The translations under genes were made by a program, and so were the position numbers. A stretch of DNA of 64,000 nucleotides from Utricularia gibba. Its lineage: Eukaryota > Plantae > Magnoliophyta. The notes under the pieces are model-generated. The model ran no database searches, was not told where the DNA came from, and saw only the letters and a program-made list of their open reading frames with translations. The stretch covers positions 310,001 to 374,000 of the forward strand of contig CM007992.1 in assembly GCA_002189035.1 (NCBI GenBank), read 5' to 3'. This document shows, one piece after another, positions 38,880 to 52,867 of the stretch; positions within the stretch are counted from its first letter, which is position 1, and each line of letters begins with the position of its first letter.

Positions 38880-39006
38880 ATAAAAGTCCTTGACGCCCCC
38901 ACATGGCTACTACCCTTATATTCTTTTATTCCGTTTTGAAAAATAAATGAAGTAATACTCCTCATAAATGAAAAGATAAGTTAGGATTGAAGTCAACTTT
39001 CCAAAG
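38880..39006. repeat. Non-coding block duplicated at about 45745-45893
   Basis: ATAAAAGTC..CTACTACCCTT..TATATTCTTTT..AAAATAAATGAA..AATACTCCT..AGGATTGAAGTCAACTTTCC present at both positions. Confidence 0.8.
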
Positions 39007-39806
39007 TTGAATATAGGGATGAATTAGAAAATTCGCATGTGTCAGAAAGATTGCATTAAAAAAATAATCACCCTATGTGTAAAATTTTTATTTTAATACG
39101 TAATAAATAAAATGATAGCGAAAAATTTTATAAATGATCTTGAATAGAGTTTTTTTTTTGTATAAAACCATCCATTTTTAATTGAGAAAAAAGAGTTATA
39201 TTCGTTTCATATGATATTTTAATTAATAATCCATTTAATTATTTATATTTAAATAAACATACATCTGTTTTTTTTTAGAGAAGAAAAAATTATGTTTCAA
39301 TTAAATTTTTTTCCATTTGTATTTAGATAAACATAAGTCTATAAAACAGTCTTATTATTATTTTTTTTGCTAGAGATCATGGAATCAAATGTTTTAAATT
39401 TCAACCAAATTTCAAGAAATTTTTTATTTCAAATTTTTTGATTCCAAAATTCTCCTGAAATTTAGTCATTTTCCCATGTAGGAAGACTCCATTTCTATAA
39501 TGCAGTCCAACTAGTTTTGTTCATGTAACCCTAAAATGTCAACTGCATGCCCCTTAAATTATTGTCCTAAGGATCTTGATTCATTCATTGTAAGAACCCT
39601 TACACAGAAGAAAAGATAAGCAGACACAAAGTCACAAAAAGTATGTACCTTGGTAGGCTTGAAGATCTATCTACCCTACAGAAGTAGAGAGCATATGAAT
39701 CACCAAGGAGAGCTACAAAAGAGTTATACTCCAAATCTGGTTGTCTTCGTCCTGGTCTCGGAGGCGCTGCATTGGGAGCTCGTAGTTTGGTGACGTTTCT
39801 GAAGTG

Positions 39807-40348
39807 GTGGTGAGCCATTTGAACCTCTTTCAGGTACCCTCAAACAACGATTCATTGGCTGTATGCGTTTACACTTTCCAGGATTTGTCGGGTGCCTCTG
39901 TTAATGCTAAATTTGGTTTTCTTATATTGTATAATGCAGGAGAAGCTTGGGAAAACTCAATGGGTTTCTGTGGTGCTTTCGAGTTTAAAGTATATGATTC
40001 TTGGTTCAGTTGCTTCGTTGCTTCTTGTTGAAAGATTTTGCTACCTATAAGGTTATCGATTTGGAGCTTTGGCCCTCTAGTGATTCCGCATTTGGTTGGC
40101 CCTCTGGTTCCTATACAATTTCCATCTACTTCGATCAATGATGGCAATCTGTCGACTATGGAGCGAGCTACTCCTCGAGTCTTGTTGATAGATGGCTGAC
40201 TCCTGTGGATGAACCTTGTAAGAATTCAACCACTGTCGGGATTCGATTTGATTTCCACATGTAGAAAATAATGACAGCAGCATGTTGATGTCCAAAGTTT
40301 GTTTTTTCAAGCACTGAATGAATCAGGGAAGCTTCATTATATCGGGGA
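39807..40348 (+). pseudogene. Truncated, frameshifted array copy (psi; closest to copy C)
   Basis: Start ATG changed to GTG at 39807; EKLGKTQWVS.., VDYGASYSSSLVDRWLTPVDEPCKNSTT recognisable; TM region deleted; homology ends at 40348 where the copy A leader begins. Confidence 0.85.
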
Positions 40349-40377
40349 GCTCACAGCAGGCCTGTATTTCTGAAGTG

Positions 40378-42178
40378 ATGGTGAGCAACAACGATACCAT
40401 TCAGGTACACTTGTAGAAGAATTTAGTTACTCTTTTAGGATTTTGAGGGCATATCTGTTAGTGCATTCTTTGATTTCTTATATCATTCCATGTAATTGCA
40501 GAAGAAATTTGGGAAAGTTCCATGGTTTTCTATGGTGAATTCACGATTAAACGAATTGACTCGTGGTTCATTTGGTGTTCTGCTTATTACCTGCTTCATA
40601 ATAAGTATTTTTTCGAAGTATTTTGCTACCTATAAGCCTATCGATTCAGAACTTTGGTCAAGACCTTACAGTAACTTGAGGTCTACTAACCCATTAGATC
40701 CTACCCAGTCTGGTTCAGCAACAACGAATGATAGCACTCTAAAACCTTGGATCTCAGCTGATTATGGAATGAACTACTCATCAAAACTTGTTGAGAGATG
40801 GCTGACGCCTCTTGGGGTTGAACCTTGTAAAAGTTCAAACACTGTGGAGATTAAATTTCTCTACTCAGAAAACAATGACAGCAGTATGATGTTATCAACT
40901 GGTGATATCCATGACTTAGTTTTTCAAGCAATTGATGAACCTGTGAATCCTCATTGTCTAGGGGGAGATTACTTTGAGATGGATCTTTCAGGAGAAAAAT
41001 GGAAATCCAGACCCCCAATACAGGATCTGGGAAATGGAACTTATACATTTTCTCTTCAAGTTCATCCTGATTTTGCTGGAGATTACAACTTGACCATTAT
41101 TCTCTTGTTTAGGCATTACGATGGTTTCAAAATTTCCACTGATGAATTTGTTTTTGACAAGGTTGTTCGTGTTATTCCTATTAAATTCTATGCATCTACA
41201 TCTCGATTACCAGAAATAACTCAGTGTAGAAGCAACGATTACTCGAAAGATGTTTGGTCTGGACGATGGACTCGTCATGCAAGAAATGATAGCTGTCCAA
41301 TTAGTGATGATGGAAGATACAGATGTCAGAAACCAGACTTCCCTTGTGAAAATCCATGGTGTAAAGGTCCATTAGGATCTATAGAAAGCAATGGGTGGGT
41401 GTACTCAGCTCACTGTTCATTCAAGATGTTTACCAAAACTGAAGCTTGGAAATGCTTGAAAAATCGATGGATTTTTTGGTGGGGTGACTCCAATCACTGC
41501 GATACAATACGTAACCTGCTTAACTTCATCTTGGATTTGAAATATGGCGAGATTCCCAGAATATTTGACAGCAACATCACCAATCCGGAAGACCCTTCAC
41601 AAGTAGTAAGATTCACCAGCATTTTCAACGGCCATCCAGAGCCACCCAAGAGCGGTGAGGGCTTGAACTCATTGAACCACCCACAGTACAGAACTCTGGG
41701 GAAGAGTTACTTTCATGGTGAAGAATTTCCAAACACGATCATCATGAATTCCGGCCTCCATGATTCAGGGTTTTGGCCTAATATCACCAGCTTTATCATG
41801 GGGGTGGAGTATGCCGCATCTTTTTGGACAGAGGTCTTGGATGAGGTACGACATAAAGGGGGGAGAAAACCAGAGATGGTGTACCGTACGACGGTGGCAG
41901 TAGGGGGATCCCATCGGCAGCAGAAGGTGAATCCTCAGAAGATGGAGGCGTACAATGGAGTGATGTTAGAGAAACTTCGAAAACACAGAATTATCGAGAA
42001 GATTGTTGATGACTTCGACATAACCTTTCCTTGGCACTATGACTACAGGTTTAGCGATGGAATTCACTATGAGCGCCCTCCTTCCAATACCCAGTGGGTG
42101 GACGCCATTGTTGGGCACCAGTACTTTGTGGATCTGATGCTTGCTCATATCCTCCTCAACACCATCTGCATTATATAA
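40378..42178 (+). CDS. Ig-like + SGNH/PC-esterase (NXPE-like) protein, copy A
   Basis: Exon 1 40378-40404 (MVSNNDTIQ), exon 2 40502-42178; TM helix, CLGGDYFE, DLGNGTY, GWVYSAHCSF, WGDSN, NSGLHD, SDGIHY. Confidence 0.88.
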
Positions 42179-43221
42179 CTTAACTTCCTTTTCTTTCATC
42201 ATCATCCTGATAGCATATTTATTCATTTTCGAAAATATTGATATGGTATTTTTGAAAATCGAGTTATTAAGTTTACATTATGTTTGTATCCATTTTTTAA
42301 AATCGTAATATTAAAATAAATATTATAAAATACATTTTAAATCATTTTCGAAATAAAACCGAATTTTGTCATTTACTTTTCTGGAGAAAAATGAAAAACA
42401 ATTTTACTTATTTTCGAAAACATTTATCCATTTACTAAAATGTCACATCATTATTTCCGAAAATGAGTAAATATAATTTGAGAAGTAGGTTGGAATAATG
42501 AAGTCAATCACTTATAATCTTTCCATTTCCATTCCTTTTTGCTCAGATCTGAGTTTATGAAGAACTCTAGTTACAAACAGCATTCACTCCTCCTTCCATG
42601 ATTCTTATGGTTCCCTTCACTATTTTTTTTTTATTATTGAGTGATCGTTTTGGTGATTTGAATGCTTAATTGGGGCAACTAATAATCAACTTTCAACTAC
42701 TCAATTTGGGCAAATAATCTAATAATATTAAAATATATTACTTCTTGTGGAAAATAAACTAATAATCATTAATGAATCAATATTACAAATCATTGCTTAA
42801 ATAACATGCAAGAAAACATAAGATTGGGATATTATTAAACATTACAAAAAAATAGGGAGTAAAAATTATCAATTTCTTTTAAAAAAATGGCATATTTTGT
42901 GAATTGACCAACTATTTACATTTTGTTTAAAAAAAAAGAATGAATGGAGAAAATACATGGGGATTGGTAGTGTAGAACGGCGTCCATCAATGCAACTATG
43001 GACTCTACCTACATACAACATTGGACTGAAGCATTAACTACAATAAACGATAAGTACAGAAAATGCAGCATAGCCGAACATCATCAATATTGACGATGAA
43101 GAGATGCTCACGTTGTACGGTCCAAGTGTAGCTTTCTTCACCTCAGTGTCTGATGTTTCCTGTTAATTTCAGTGCTTGGGATTCCATTGGGAGCTCACGG
43201 CACATCGGTGTTTACGAAGTG

Positions 43222-45020
43222 ATGGTGGGCGAGAACGATTCCTCTCAGGCACACTCGCAGAAGAATTTAGTGACTAATGTAGGATTTGGGAGGCGTAGTT
43301 GTTGAAGTGTTCTTTGCGTTCTTATATCGTGCCATGCAATGCAGGAGAAATTTGGGAATGTTACTTGGGGTTCTATGGTGGATTCGTGGTTAAAAGTGGT
43401 GACTTTTGGTTCATTTGCTGCTCTCCTTATTGCCTGCTTCATGATAAGTTTTCTTTCTAAGAATTTTGCTGCCTATAAGCTTCTCGATTCAGAATTCTGG
43501 TCAAGATCCTACAGTGACTGGAGGTCTGTTGGCCCTTTGGATCCTACCCATTCTCCTTCAGCTACGACAAATGGCAGCAATCTAAAACCTTGGATCTCGG
43601 TCGATTATGGAAAGAACTACTCGTTGAATCTTGTTGAAAGATGGCTGACTCCTCTTGGGGGTGAACCTTGTAAGAATTCTGAAACTGTAGGGATTAGATT
43701 TCTCTATTCAAAAAACAATGACAGCAGTATGTTGTTATCAACGGGTGATATCCATGATTTTGTTTTTCAAGCAATTGATGAAGCTGGGAATCCTCATTGT
43801 CTAGGAGGAGATTACTTTGAGACAGATCTTTCAGGAGAAAGATGGAAATCCAGACCCCCAATACAGGATCTGGGAAATGGATCTTATAAATTTTCTCTTC
43901 AAGTTCATCCTGATTTTGCTGGAGATTACTCTTTGACCATTACTCTCTTGTTTAGGGTTTATGATGGTTTCAAAATTTCCACTAGTGGATTTGTTTTCGA
44001 CGAGGTTGTTTGTGTTATTCCTATCAAATTCTATGCATCTACATCTCGGTTGCCCGAAATAGCCCAATGCAGAAGTAACGATTACTCGAAAGATGTTTGG
44101 TCTGGACGATGGACTCGTCATGCAAGAAATGAAAGCTGCCCAGTTAGTGATGATGGAAGATACAGATGTCAGAAACCAGACTTCCCTTGTGAAAATCCAT
44201 GGTGTAAAGGTCCATTAGGATCTATAGAAAGCAATGGATGGGTATACTCAGCTCATTGCTCATTCAAGATGTTTACAAAATCTGAAACTTGGAAATGTCT
44301 GAAAAATCAATGGATTTTTTGGTGGGGTGACTCGAATCACTGCGATACAATACGTAACCTCCTTAACTTCATCTTGGATTTGAGAGTTGTTGAAATTCCG
44401 AGGACATTCGACAAGATCATCATCAATCCAGAAGATCATTCACAGGTAGTAAGATTCACCAGCACCTTTAACGGTCATCCAAACCCAGGCGATGATAACC
44501 ATGGCTTGAACTCACTCAACAACCCAGAATACAGAAACATGTTGAAGAGCTACTTTCGTGGTGAAGTATCCCCAACACAATTATCATGAATTCAGGTCTC
44601 CATGATGCAGGGTTTTGGCCCAACATTAGCAGCTTCATCATAGGGGCGGAGCACGCGGCGTCTTTCTGGAGAGAGGTGGTGGATGGGGTACGGCGCAGAG
44701 GGGGGAGAGCACCGGAGATCGTGTACCGTACAACGGTGGCGGCGGGGGGATCCCATCGGAAGCAAAGGGTGAATCCTCAGAAGATGGAGGCATACAATGG
44801 AGTGATGTTGGAAAAACTTCGGAACCAGAAGATTGTTGGGAAGGCGGTTGATGACTTCGACATGACTTTTCCTTGGCATTTCGACAACAGGTGCAACGAT
44901 GGCGTTCACTATGGGCGCCGTCCTTCGAACAAGACGTGGATAGACGGGATAATTGGACACCAGTACTTTGTTGATCTCATGCTTGCACATGTCCTCCTCA
45001 ATGCCATCTGCCTCAAATGA
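43222..45020 (+). CDS. NXPE-like protein, copy B (1-nt deletion near 44574)
   Basis: Exon 1 43222-43248 with GC donor; ORFs 43339-44589 and 44586-45020 rejoin with one added base at CCAACACA; WGDSN, NSGLHD, NDGVHY intact. Confidence 0.85.
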
Positions 45021-46607
45021 GAGTATTTTTTATTTTGTTTTACTTAGGTGTGTTTTTAAAAAAAATTAAAATTTATTTTTATTTTTCAAAAATAAAAGTA
45101 ATTTATTTTAGAATACTATCAATTGTAAAAATAATTTTATCAAAAAAAATACTTTTCAAATTATACTATAAAAATTATTTTTGGAAAAGTAAAAAGTAGT
45201 TTATTTTTACTTTTTATTTCTATTTTTTTTAAAATAATTTTCAAAATTTAAAATAATTTTCAAAAATTTTTCAAAACACTGCTTTAGTATATAAATATAG
45301 TTGTGTGGATTCGGCGATTCATGAATTCGAATGAAATTAGTGATTTGAAAAATTATGGATACGTTGAGAAATTTCAGTTTATAATATTTAAATTAATAAA
45401 TTATTTTTTAAAATATTAAAATAAAATAATTTTTAATCACATATTGAAAATTCACAAAAAAACAAACAAAAAAATTTAGGTAATAATCGGTAAATGATGA
45501 TCATCGAACTTTGAATGATCATAGTTAAATAAGTTATGTAAATACTTTACAAATCATTCATATATTAAAAAAATACATCTATCAAATAGATGTCATTCTT
45601 AATGCATGTGTTTGAAAAGTTAAAATCATAATTTTTTTTTCGAAAATGATCGTAAACAATTTTATTATCAATAAATGATTTTTTTTATTTTAAACTTGTT
45701 CGAATTTAATCGAGGAAGATGTAAAATTGTTCATAATATATGTACATAAAAGTCTTTGATACCCTACTAGCATACTACTACCCTTTATAGCTGCAAGTGG
45801 TATATTCTTTTGTTCCATTTTTAAAAATAAATGAAATAATACTCCTATTAAATGAAAAAGAATAAACTAGGATTGAAGTCAACTTTCCCAAACTTCACAA
45901 TAAATAGAGTTTGTTCATAGTGAGTTGCAAAGATGGATATAGTGTGTTTTAAGACACATTAATTAATAACACAGTTGAATTATTTACGTGTAGATAAACT
46001 CATCCTAAATACTTAAAATTAAAAGTTAGTTTGATACATGATAACTGTTTATTTAAAATAAATTTTCGTCTAATGTATTTAAAATACATAAAAAAAACTA
46101 AGATTTCATTGATTCATAAAAGTAATTAAGAATTTCGGATTTTTTTCGAAATAAAATGTTCATGAAACTTCCTCCAAATTTGATCATTTTTTCTTGAGAT
46201 TTTTCTGGAATCAAATGAACCCTAAAAGTCCCACCGGCATTGACAGTTGGATGCTCACTTTCCAATGTATGAGGACTCCATTTCTATAATGCGGTCTACT
46301 TATTTTTGTTCAAGTAACCCTTCAAGTCAACTGCATGTCACTAAAATATTGTCCTAAGTATCATGATTCGTTTTGTTTCATCACGAAACATAGGTAAGAA
46401 CCCTTAAATAGAAGAAGAATAGCTGAGTAGACAAGGTCAGAATATGATCCTTTGTAGGTTCACATATATTATTTGCCCTACACAGATAGAGAGCATATGA
46501 ATCACCAAGGAGAGCTACAAAAGAGAGATACTACAACTTGGTTGTCTTCATCTTGATTCGGGTTGCGCTGCATTAGGAGCTCATATTTTGGTGCTGTCTC
46601 TGAAGTG

Positions 46608-48326
46608 ATGGTGAGCCAACCGGAACTACTTGAGGTTCATTCATATTGCACAATGCAGGAGAAGTTTTGGAAATGGGTTTCTATTGTGAATTCGAGCTTA
46701 AAATATGTGATTCTTGGATCATTTTCTATGTTGCTTATTGGCTGCTTCATTATGAGCATTTTTTCCAAGGATTTTGGTATCTATAAACTTATCGATCCAG
46801 AGTTTTGGTCAAGATCCTATAGTGATGAGAGGATGGTTAGCCCTTTGGATCCTACACATTTTCCTCCTGCTATGATCAATGGTAGCAATCTTGTACCTTG
46901 GATCTCCGTCGACTACGGAGCGAACTACTCCTCGAATCTTGTTGACAGATGGCTAACTCCGGTGAATGAACCTTGTAAGAATTCACCTACTGCGGGGATT
47001 CAATTTCCTTATGTAGAAAACAATGACAGCAGCATGTTGTTGTCTACTGGTGATGTTCACAAGTTTGTTTTCCAAGCAGTTGATGAATCAGGGAAGCTTC
47101 ATTGTATAGGAGGAGATTACTTTGAGATTGATCTTTCAGGAGAAAGATGGAAATCTAGGCCCCCGATACAGGATCTAGGAAATGGATCTTACAAATTTTG
47201 GTTTCAAGTTCATCCTGATTTTGCTGGAGACTATAACCTAAACATTACTCTCTTGTTCAGACACTATGAGGGCCTCGAGCATTTCACTGAAAAATACTTT
47301 TTCAATAAAGTTGTTCTTATGATTCAGATTAAATTCTACACATCATTGTCCCAGCTGCCCGAAATAGCTCAATGCAGAAGCAACGATTACTCGAGAGATG
47401 TTTGGTCTGGACGGTGGACTCGTCATGCAAAAAATGATAGCTGTCCAATTAGTGATGATGGGAGATACAGATGCCAAGAGCGAGACTTCCCCTGCGAAAA
47501 ACCATGGTGTGAGGGTCCATTAGGATCTATAGAGAGCAACGGGTGGGTGTATTCAGCCCACTGTTCATTCAAGATGTTTACCAAGCGTGAAGCTTGGAAT
47601 TGCTTGAAAAACCGATGGATCTTTTGGTGGGGTGACTCAAATCACTTAGATACAATACGCAACCTGCTTAATCTCGTCCTGGGTTTCCAGTATGGTGACA
47701 TTGATAGAACATTTGAGAGCTTCATCATAAATCCCGAGAACCATTCACAAGTAGTGAGAATCACCAACATCTTCAACGGCCATGCACACCCGTACGAGAA
47801 TCATGAGGGCTTGAACTCGCTGAAAAATCCAGAATACAGAGCCCTTTTGAAAAGCTACTTCTCGGGTGAAGTAATCCCAGACACGATATTCATGAACACA
47901 GGTCTCCATGACGGAAGGTTTTGGCCCAACATTACCAGTTTCATCAGCGCAGCAGAGTATGCAGCATCTTTCTGGAGAGAGGTGATGGATGAGGTACGAC
48001 GTGGAGGGAGGAGACCACCGGAGATCGTGTACCGTACCACAATTGCATCATCGGGATCCTCTCGGAGATTTGATTCTAATCCTCAGAAGATGGAGGCGTT
48101 CAATGGAGTGATGCTGGAGAAACTTCGGAAACACAAAGTTATCCAGAAGGTGGTGGATCACTTCGACATGACCTTTCCTTGGCACTATGACAAAAGATGT
48201 AGCGATGGTTTCCACTACGGGCGCTTGCCCATAAAGTCGATGTGGGTTGATGGCAATATCGGGCACCAATACTTCGTTGATGTAATGCTCGTTCATATCC
48301 TCTTGAACACCATTTGCCTAAAATAA
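46608..48326 (+). CDS. NXPE-like protein, copy C (single uninterrupted ORF)
   Basis: ATG 46608 reads through a 24-nt intron remnant into EKFWKW..; WGDSN, NTGLHD, SDGFHY. Confidence 0.9.
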   Translation: MVSQPELLEVHSYCTMQEKFWKWVSIVNSSLKYVILGSFSMLLIGCFIMSIFSKDFGIYKLIDPEFWSRSYSDERMVSPLDPTHFPPAMINGSNLVPWISVDYGANYSSNLVDRWLTPVNEPCKNSPTAGIQFPYVENNDSSMLLSTGDVHKFVFQAVDESGKLHCIGGDYFEIDLSGERWKSRPPIQDLGNGSYKFWFQVHPDFAGDYNLNITLLFRHYEGLEHFTEKYFFNKVVLMIQIKFYTSLSQLPEIAQCRSNDYSRDVWSGRWTRHAKNDSCPISDDGRYRCQERDFPCEKPWCEGPLGSIESNGWVYSAHCSFKMFTKREAWNCLKNRWIFWWGDSNHLDTIRNLLNLVLGFQYGDIDRTFESFIINPENHSQVVRITNIFNGHAHPYENHEGLNSLKNPEYRALLKSYFSGEVIPDTIFMNTGLHDGRFWPNITSFISAAEYAASFWREVMDEVRRGGRRPPEIVYRTTIASSGSSRRFDSNPQKMEAFNGVMLEKLRKHKVIQKVVDHFDMTFPWHYDKRCSDGFHYGRLPIKSMWVDGNIGHQYFVDVMLVHILLNTICLK

Positions 48327-49039
48327 GCTAGTGTTTTTCAATGATTTATTTTTTTAAAAAAAATGTTTCATATAGAGTTTTGTTATTAAATACACTTCAT
48401 TTCAATATCTTGAAAAAAAAATAAATCGCGCTTGGTTGAATTTCTTCATTTTGACATTCAGACCAGTGGGTGAAATCACATTGTATGAGTATCCACTTGA
48501 GCCATAGAATGATTTGTTTTAATTAAATAGTCAGATTTTCTATGTCGGTAATAGTGGGGGTTAGCCCCCCAGGGAAGACCCCCAGAGTTTAAAAAAATGA
48601 CATATTTTAAAATTTAAGGGTTAATTTTTTTTCTTGTTTACAATTTTCCATTTTTTATCAATAATATTTATATAGAGTAAAAACTATCAATTTCTTTTAA
48701 AAAAAATGTCATATTTTGTGATTTAACCAATTATTTACATTTAAAAGAAAGAAAGATAAATGAAGAAAGTACATGGGATTGATAGTATAGAACGGCGCCC
48801 ATGAATGCAGCTATGGACTCTACATGGAACATTGGAATGAAGCATTCACTACAAGAAACCCTAAGCGTAGAAAATGCAACGTAGCTGAAGATCATCAATA
48901 TTGACTATCGGGAGACGCTACACGATATATTTATATGGTACAAGTGTAGCTCCCTGTACTTTGTTTTCGCATGTTTCATGTTAATTTCAGTGCTTTGGAT
49001 TCCATCACGAGCTCGCAGCACATTGGCGTTTCTCAGGTG

Positions 49040-50876
49040 ATGGTGGGGAAGAACGATCCCTCCCAGGTACACTCACACAAGAATGAGTTTATTTTTATAT
49101 AAGTATAATTACAAGTGATAAAAAGATGGTATAGTGTGAAACTATGTTCTATGACTCTTTCATACGAAAATTTATTGATGTGTTTTTTGCTTTCTTATAT
49201 CGTGCCATGCGATGCAGGAGAAATTTGGGAATGTTACGTGGGGTTTTATGGTGGATTCGTGGTTAAAAGTGTTGACTTTTGCTTCATTTGCTGGTCTGCT
49301 TGTTGCCTGCTTCATGATCAGCTTTTTTTCAAAGGATTTTGCTACCTATAAGCTTATCGATTCAGAATTCTGGTCAAGAGCTTACAGTGACCGGAGGTCT
49401 GTTGGCCCTTTGGATCCTACAACAAATCACAGCAATCTAAAACCTTGGATCTCGGCCGATTATGGAAAGAACTTCTCGTTGAAATTTGTTGATAAGTGGT
49501 TGACTCCTCTTGGGGATGAACCCTGTAAGAATTCAACAACTGTGGGGATTAGATTTCTCAATCAAAAAATCAATAACAAGAGTGTGTTGTTGTCAACTGG
49601 GGATATCCATGACTTTGTTTTCCAAGCAATTGATGAAGCTGGGAAGGTTCATTGTCTAGGGGGAGACTACTTTGAGATGGATCTTTCAGGAGGGAGATGG
49701 AAATCCAGGCCCCCGATACAAGATCTGGGAAATGGATCCTACACGTTTTCGCTTCAAGTTCATCCTGATTTTGCTGGAACTTACAACCTCACCATTATTC
49801 TCTTGTTCAGACACTATGAAGGCCTTCAGCTTTCCACTGGAAAATTCTTTTTCGACAAGGTGGTTGGTGTGATTCCAATTGAATTCTACACATCCTCGTC
49901 CCAGTTGCCCAAAATAACCCAATGCAAAAGCAAGGATTACTCCAGAGATGTTTGGTCTGGACGATGGACTCGTCATGCAAGAAATGATAGTTGTCCAATT
50001 AGTCAGGATGGAAGATACAGATGCCAGAAACGAGACTTTCCCTGTGAAAAGCCATGGTGTGAAGGTTCATTAGGATGTATAGAGAGCAACGGGTGGGTGT
50101 ATTCAGCTCACTGTTCATTCAAGATGTTTACCAAGAATGAAACTTGGAAATGCTTGAAAAACCGATGGATTTTTTGGTGGGGAGACTCGAATTACATGGA
50201 TACAATACGTAATCTGTTTAACTTCGTCTTGGATTTTAACTATCGTGATATTGATAGAATATTTGACAGGAACATCACCAATCCCGATGATCATTCACAG
50301 GTAGTGAGATTCACCAACATTTTCAATGGCCATGCAGATCCACATAAGAATAGTGAAGGCTTGAACTCATTGAACAAACCAGAATATAGAGCACGTTTGA
50401 AAAGCTACTTCTCTGGTGAAGTAATCCCAGACACGATCTTCATGAACTCAGGTCTCCATGATGGGAGGTTTTGGCCCAACCTTCCCAGTTTCATCGGTGC
50501 AGCAGAGCATGCAGCATCTTTCTGGAGGGAGATAATGGATGAGGTACAACAGAGAGGGATTAAAACACCGGAGATTGTGTATCGTACAACGGTGGCAGCC
50601 GGGGGATCGGCTCGAAAACAGAATCTTAATCCTCAGAAGATGGAGGCATACAATGGAGTGATGTTGGAGAAATTTCGAAAACACAGAATTGTCGACAAGG
50701 TTGTTGATGACTTCGACATAACCTTTCCTTGGCACTATGACAACAGGTATAGCGATGGTATTCACTATGGGCGCGCTCCTTCGAATACTACGTGGGTGGA
50801 CGACATTGTTGGGCACCATTACTTCGTCGATCTGATGCTTGTCCATATCCTCCTCAATACCATCTGCGTCACATAA
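49040..50876 (+). CDS. NXPE-like protein, copy D
   Basis: Exon 1 49040-49066 (MVGKNDPSQ), intron 49067-49217, exon 2 49218-50876; WGDSN, NSGLHD, SDGIHY. Confidence 0.9.
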
Positions 50877-51455
50877 CTTACCTTTCTTCTCTTTGTATGG
50901 CGGGCGATGTAAAAACAACAAAGGCATTGCTCATCATCCCGAGAAGGAGGCTGGAATTACAATCACTCATCATCTCTTCATTTCCATTTCTTTTTGCTCA
51001 GATCTGAGTTTATGAAGAACTGCAGTTACAATCAGCATTCACTCTCTCCTTCCATCATTCTTGCGGCTCCCTTGTCTATTTTTGTTCTTATGAGTGATCG
51101 TTTTGGAGATTTGAATGCTTTAAGGACACGATCAAATTGCATTCGCATCTCGAGAGTAGGGTCTCGCAACTGGGGCAAAAAAGTCGCTGAGAATTTCTTT
51201 ACCCCATCATCATCATCATCTCTCCCCCTGTTTCAAGAATCAATTTTTACTTCTGGTAATGAATACTCGAGCATGATCGTTCTATATCAGACTGAAATTC
51301 TGCAAGGCGACTTATTTCCCAGGTAGTTAGCTTCTTTTGAATCTCTTTCCGGTGACTCATCTCCATCCCTTGTTTTCTCTACTGAACCAGAAGCTATGGA
51401 GCGTTGTACTCCCAGCTTCTCTGAAGCCAGGGGTTCATCCATTTTGTTTGCTTTT
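50876..51455. repeat. 3' flank of copy D, near-identical to 54668-55255
   Basis: ATAACTTACCTTTCTTCTCTTTGTATGGCGGGCGATG ... CATCATCATCATCTCTCCCCC ... GGGTTCATCCATTTTGTTTGCTTTT shared; the two diverge abruptly after 51455/55255. Confidence 0.9.
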
Positions 51456-52867
51456 CACATTGTTTGGTAGGTGGTTTAATAATAATTTTAAAGTGTATTT
51501 TGTTGAACATGTGCGTATGATGAGAAGTTTTAAATTTTAAAATCGGTTTATGATGTCTACAGTTTTATTAAAAATTAGTAAGATGACATGCTTTATATTA
51601 AATTAAATCATATATTTATTGCTAATTTACCTTTATTTCTACTTAAATTCTGAATAAATATAAAATTAATCATTTAAAATGATAATTCAAACATCTTTTC
51701 ATTACAAAATATAACACATATAAATCCTCTACTAAACACATTCTAAACCTAAAAACTACAAAGCATGGGTGTGGGTGCAGAGATACGGATAAGACAAGCT
51801 TAAAAGCATCCTATTAAGATACGATTCGGATACATTTATTTAAAATTTATTATTTTATTATTAAATACATTTACTTTCAATTTTTCTAAAAGGTTTGTTA
51901 TTGTTAATATGATCAATATGGCCATTAAGTGCCAATTAAATACCATTTGTTTTTTATTAGAAATACTTTTTAAATAAAGAATATATGGCTAACGCTTAGC
52001 TTTGGCATGCCCATAAGTGCCTTTTAAATGAGCCAAAAGTGTTGGTCAAACAATTTATTTATGTTTCCATAAATTTCAACAACTCGATTTTGGTAAATAA
52101 TTAAATAAAGTTATCTTTATATAGATATCTAAGAATTAGATGGATGATTTTGAAAAGTAAACATAATACAGTTATTATGTGTAAAAAATAATTACTTTAT
52201 ATGTGAAATTTTAGTATTAATGTGTGAAATAATGTTAGAATGATTAATTTTCAAAAAAAACCCAAATTAGATTCCATTGCACTTCGAAGCAATGAGGGTG
52301 AATAAAAAAAAATGTACCACTTTCTTTTATTAAAATATGATATCATTTATTGATAGTTGAATATGATGTTGTAATTATAAAAAATTTTTTAGAAGAATAA
52401 AATAATAATAACCAGAAATTATATATCATATTATTAATAGATATATTTATACAGATAGAGAGTAAAAACATGCAAGAAAACCTGAAATTGGGAAAGTATT
52501 AAATATTATGAAAGAGAGAGAGTAAAAATTATCAATTTCTTTTAAAAAAATGACATATTTTGTGATTTGACCAACTATTTACATTTAAATGAAAAAGATA
52601 AATGGAGAAAATACATGGGAGGGTTTGATAGTGTAGAACGGCGTCCATCAATGCAACTATGGACTCTACATGTAAAAGCATGCTACAAGAAACGATAAGT
52701 ACAGAAAATGCATACAGCGAAATCGAACATCAATGCTGACGCTCAACGATATATTTTATACGGTCCAAGTGTAGCTTCCTTCACCTCGGTTTCCGATGTT
52801 TCCTGTTAATTTCAGAGCTCCATGGGATTCCATTGGGAGCTCACGCCACGTCGGCGTTTCTGAAGTG

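Noticed and set aside
51290-51450. Minus-strand ORF MDEPLASEKLG.. in the duplicated 3' flank
   Set aside because: About 54 codons in the D flank, but stopped after 12 codons in the near-identical E flank; no recognisable homology.
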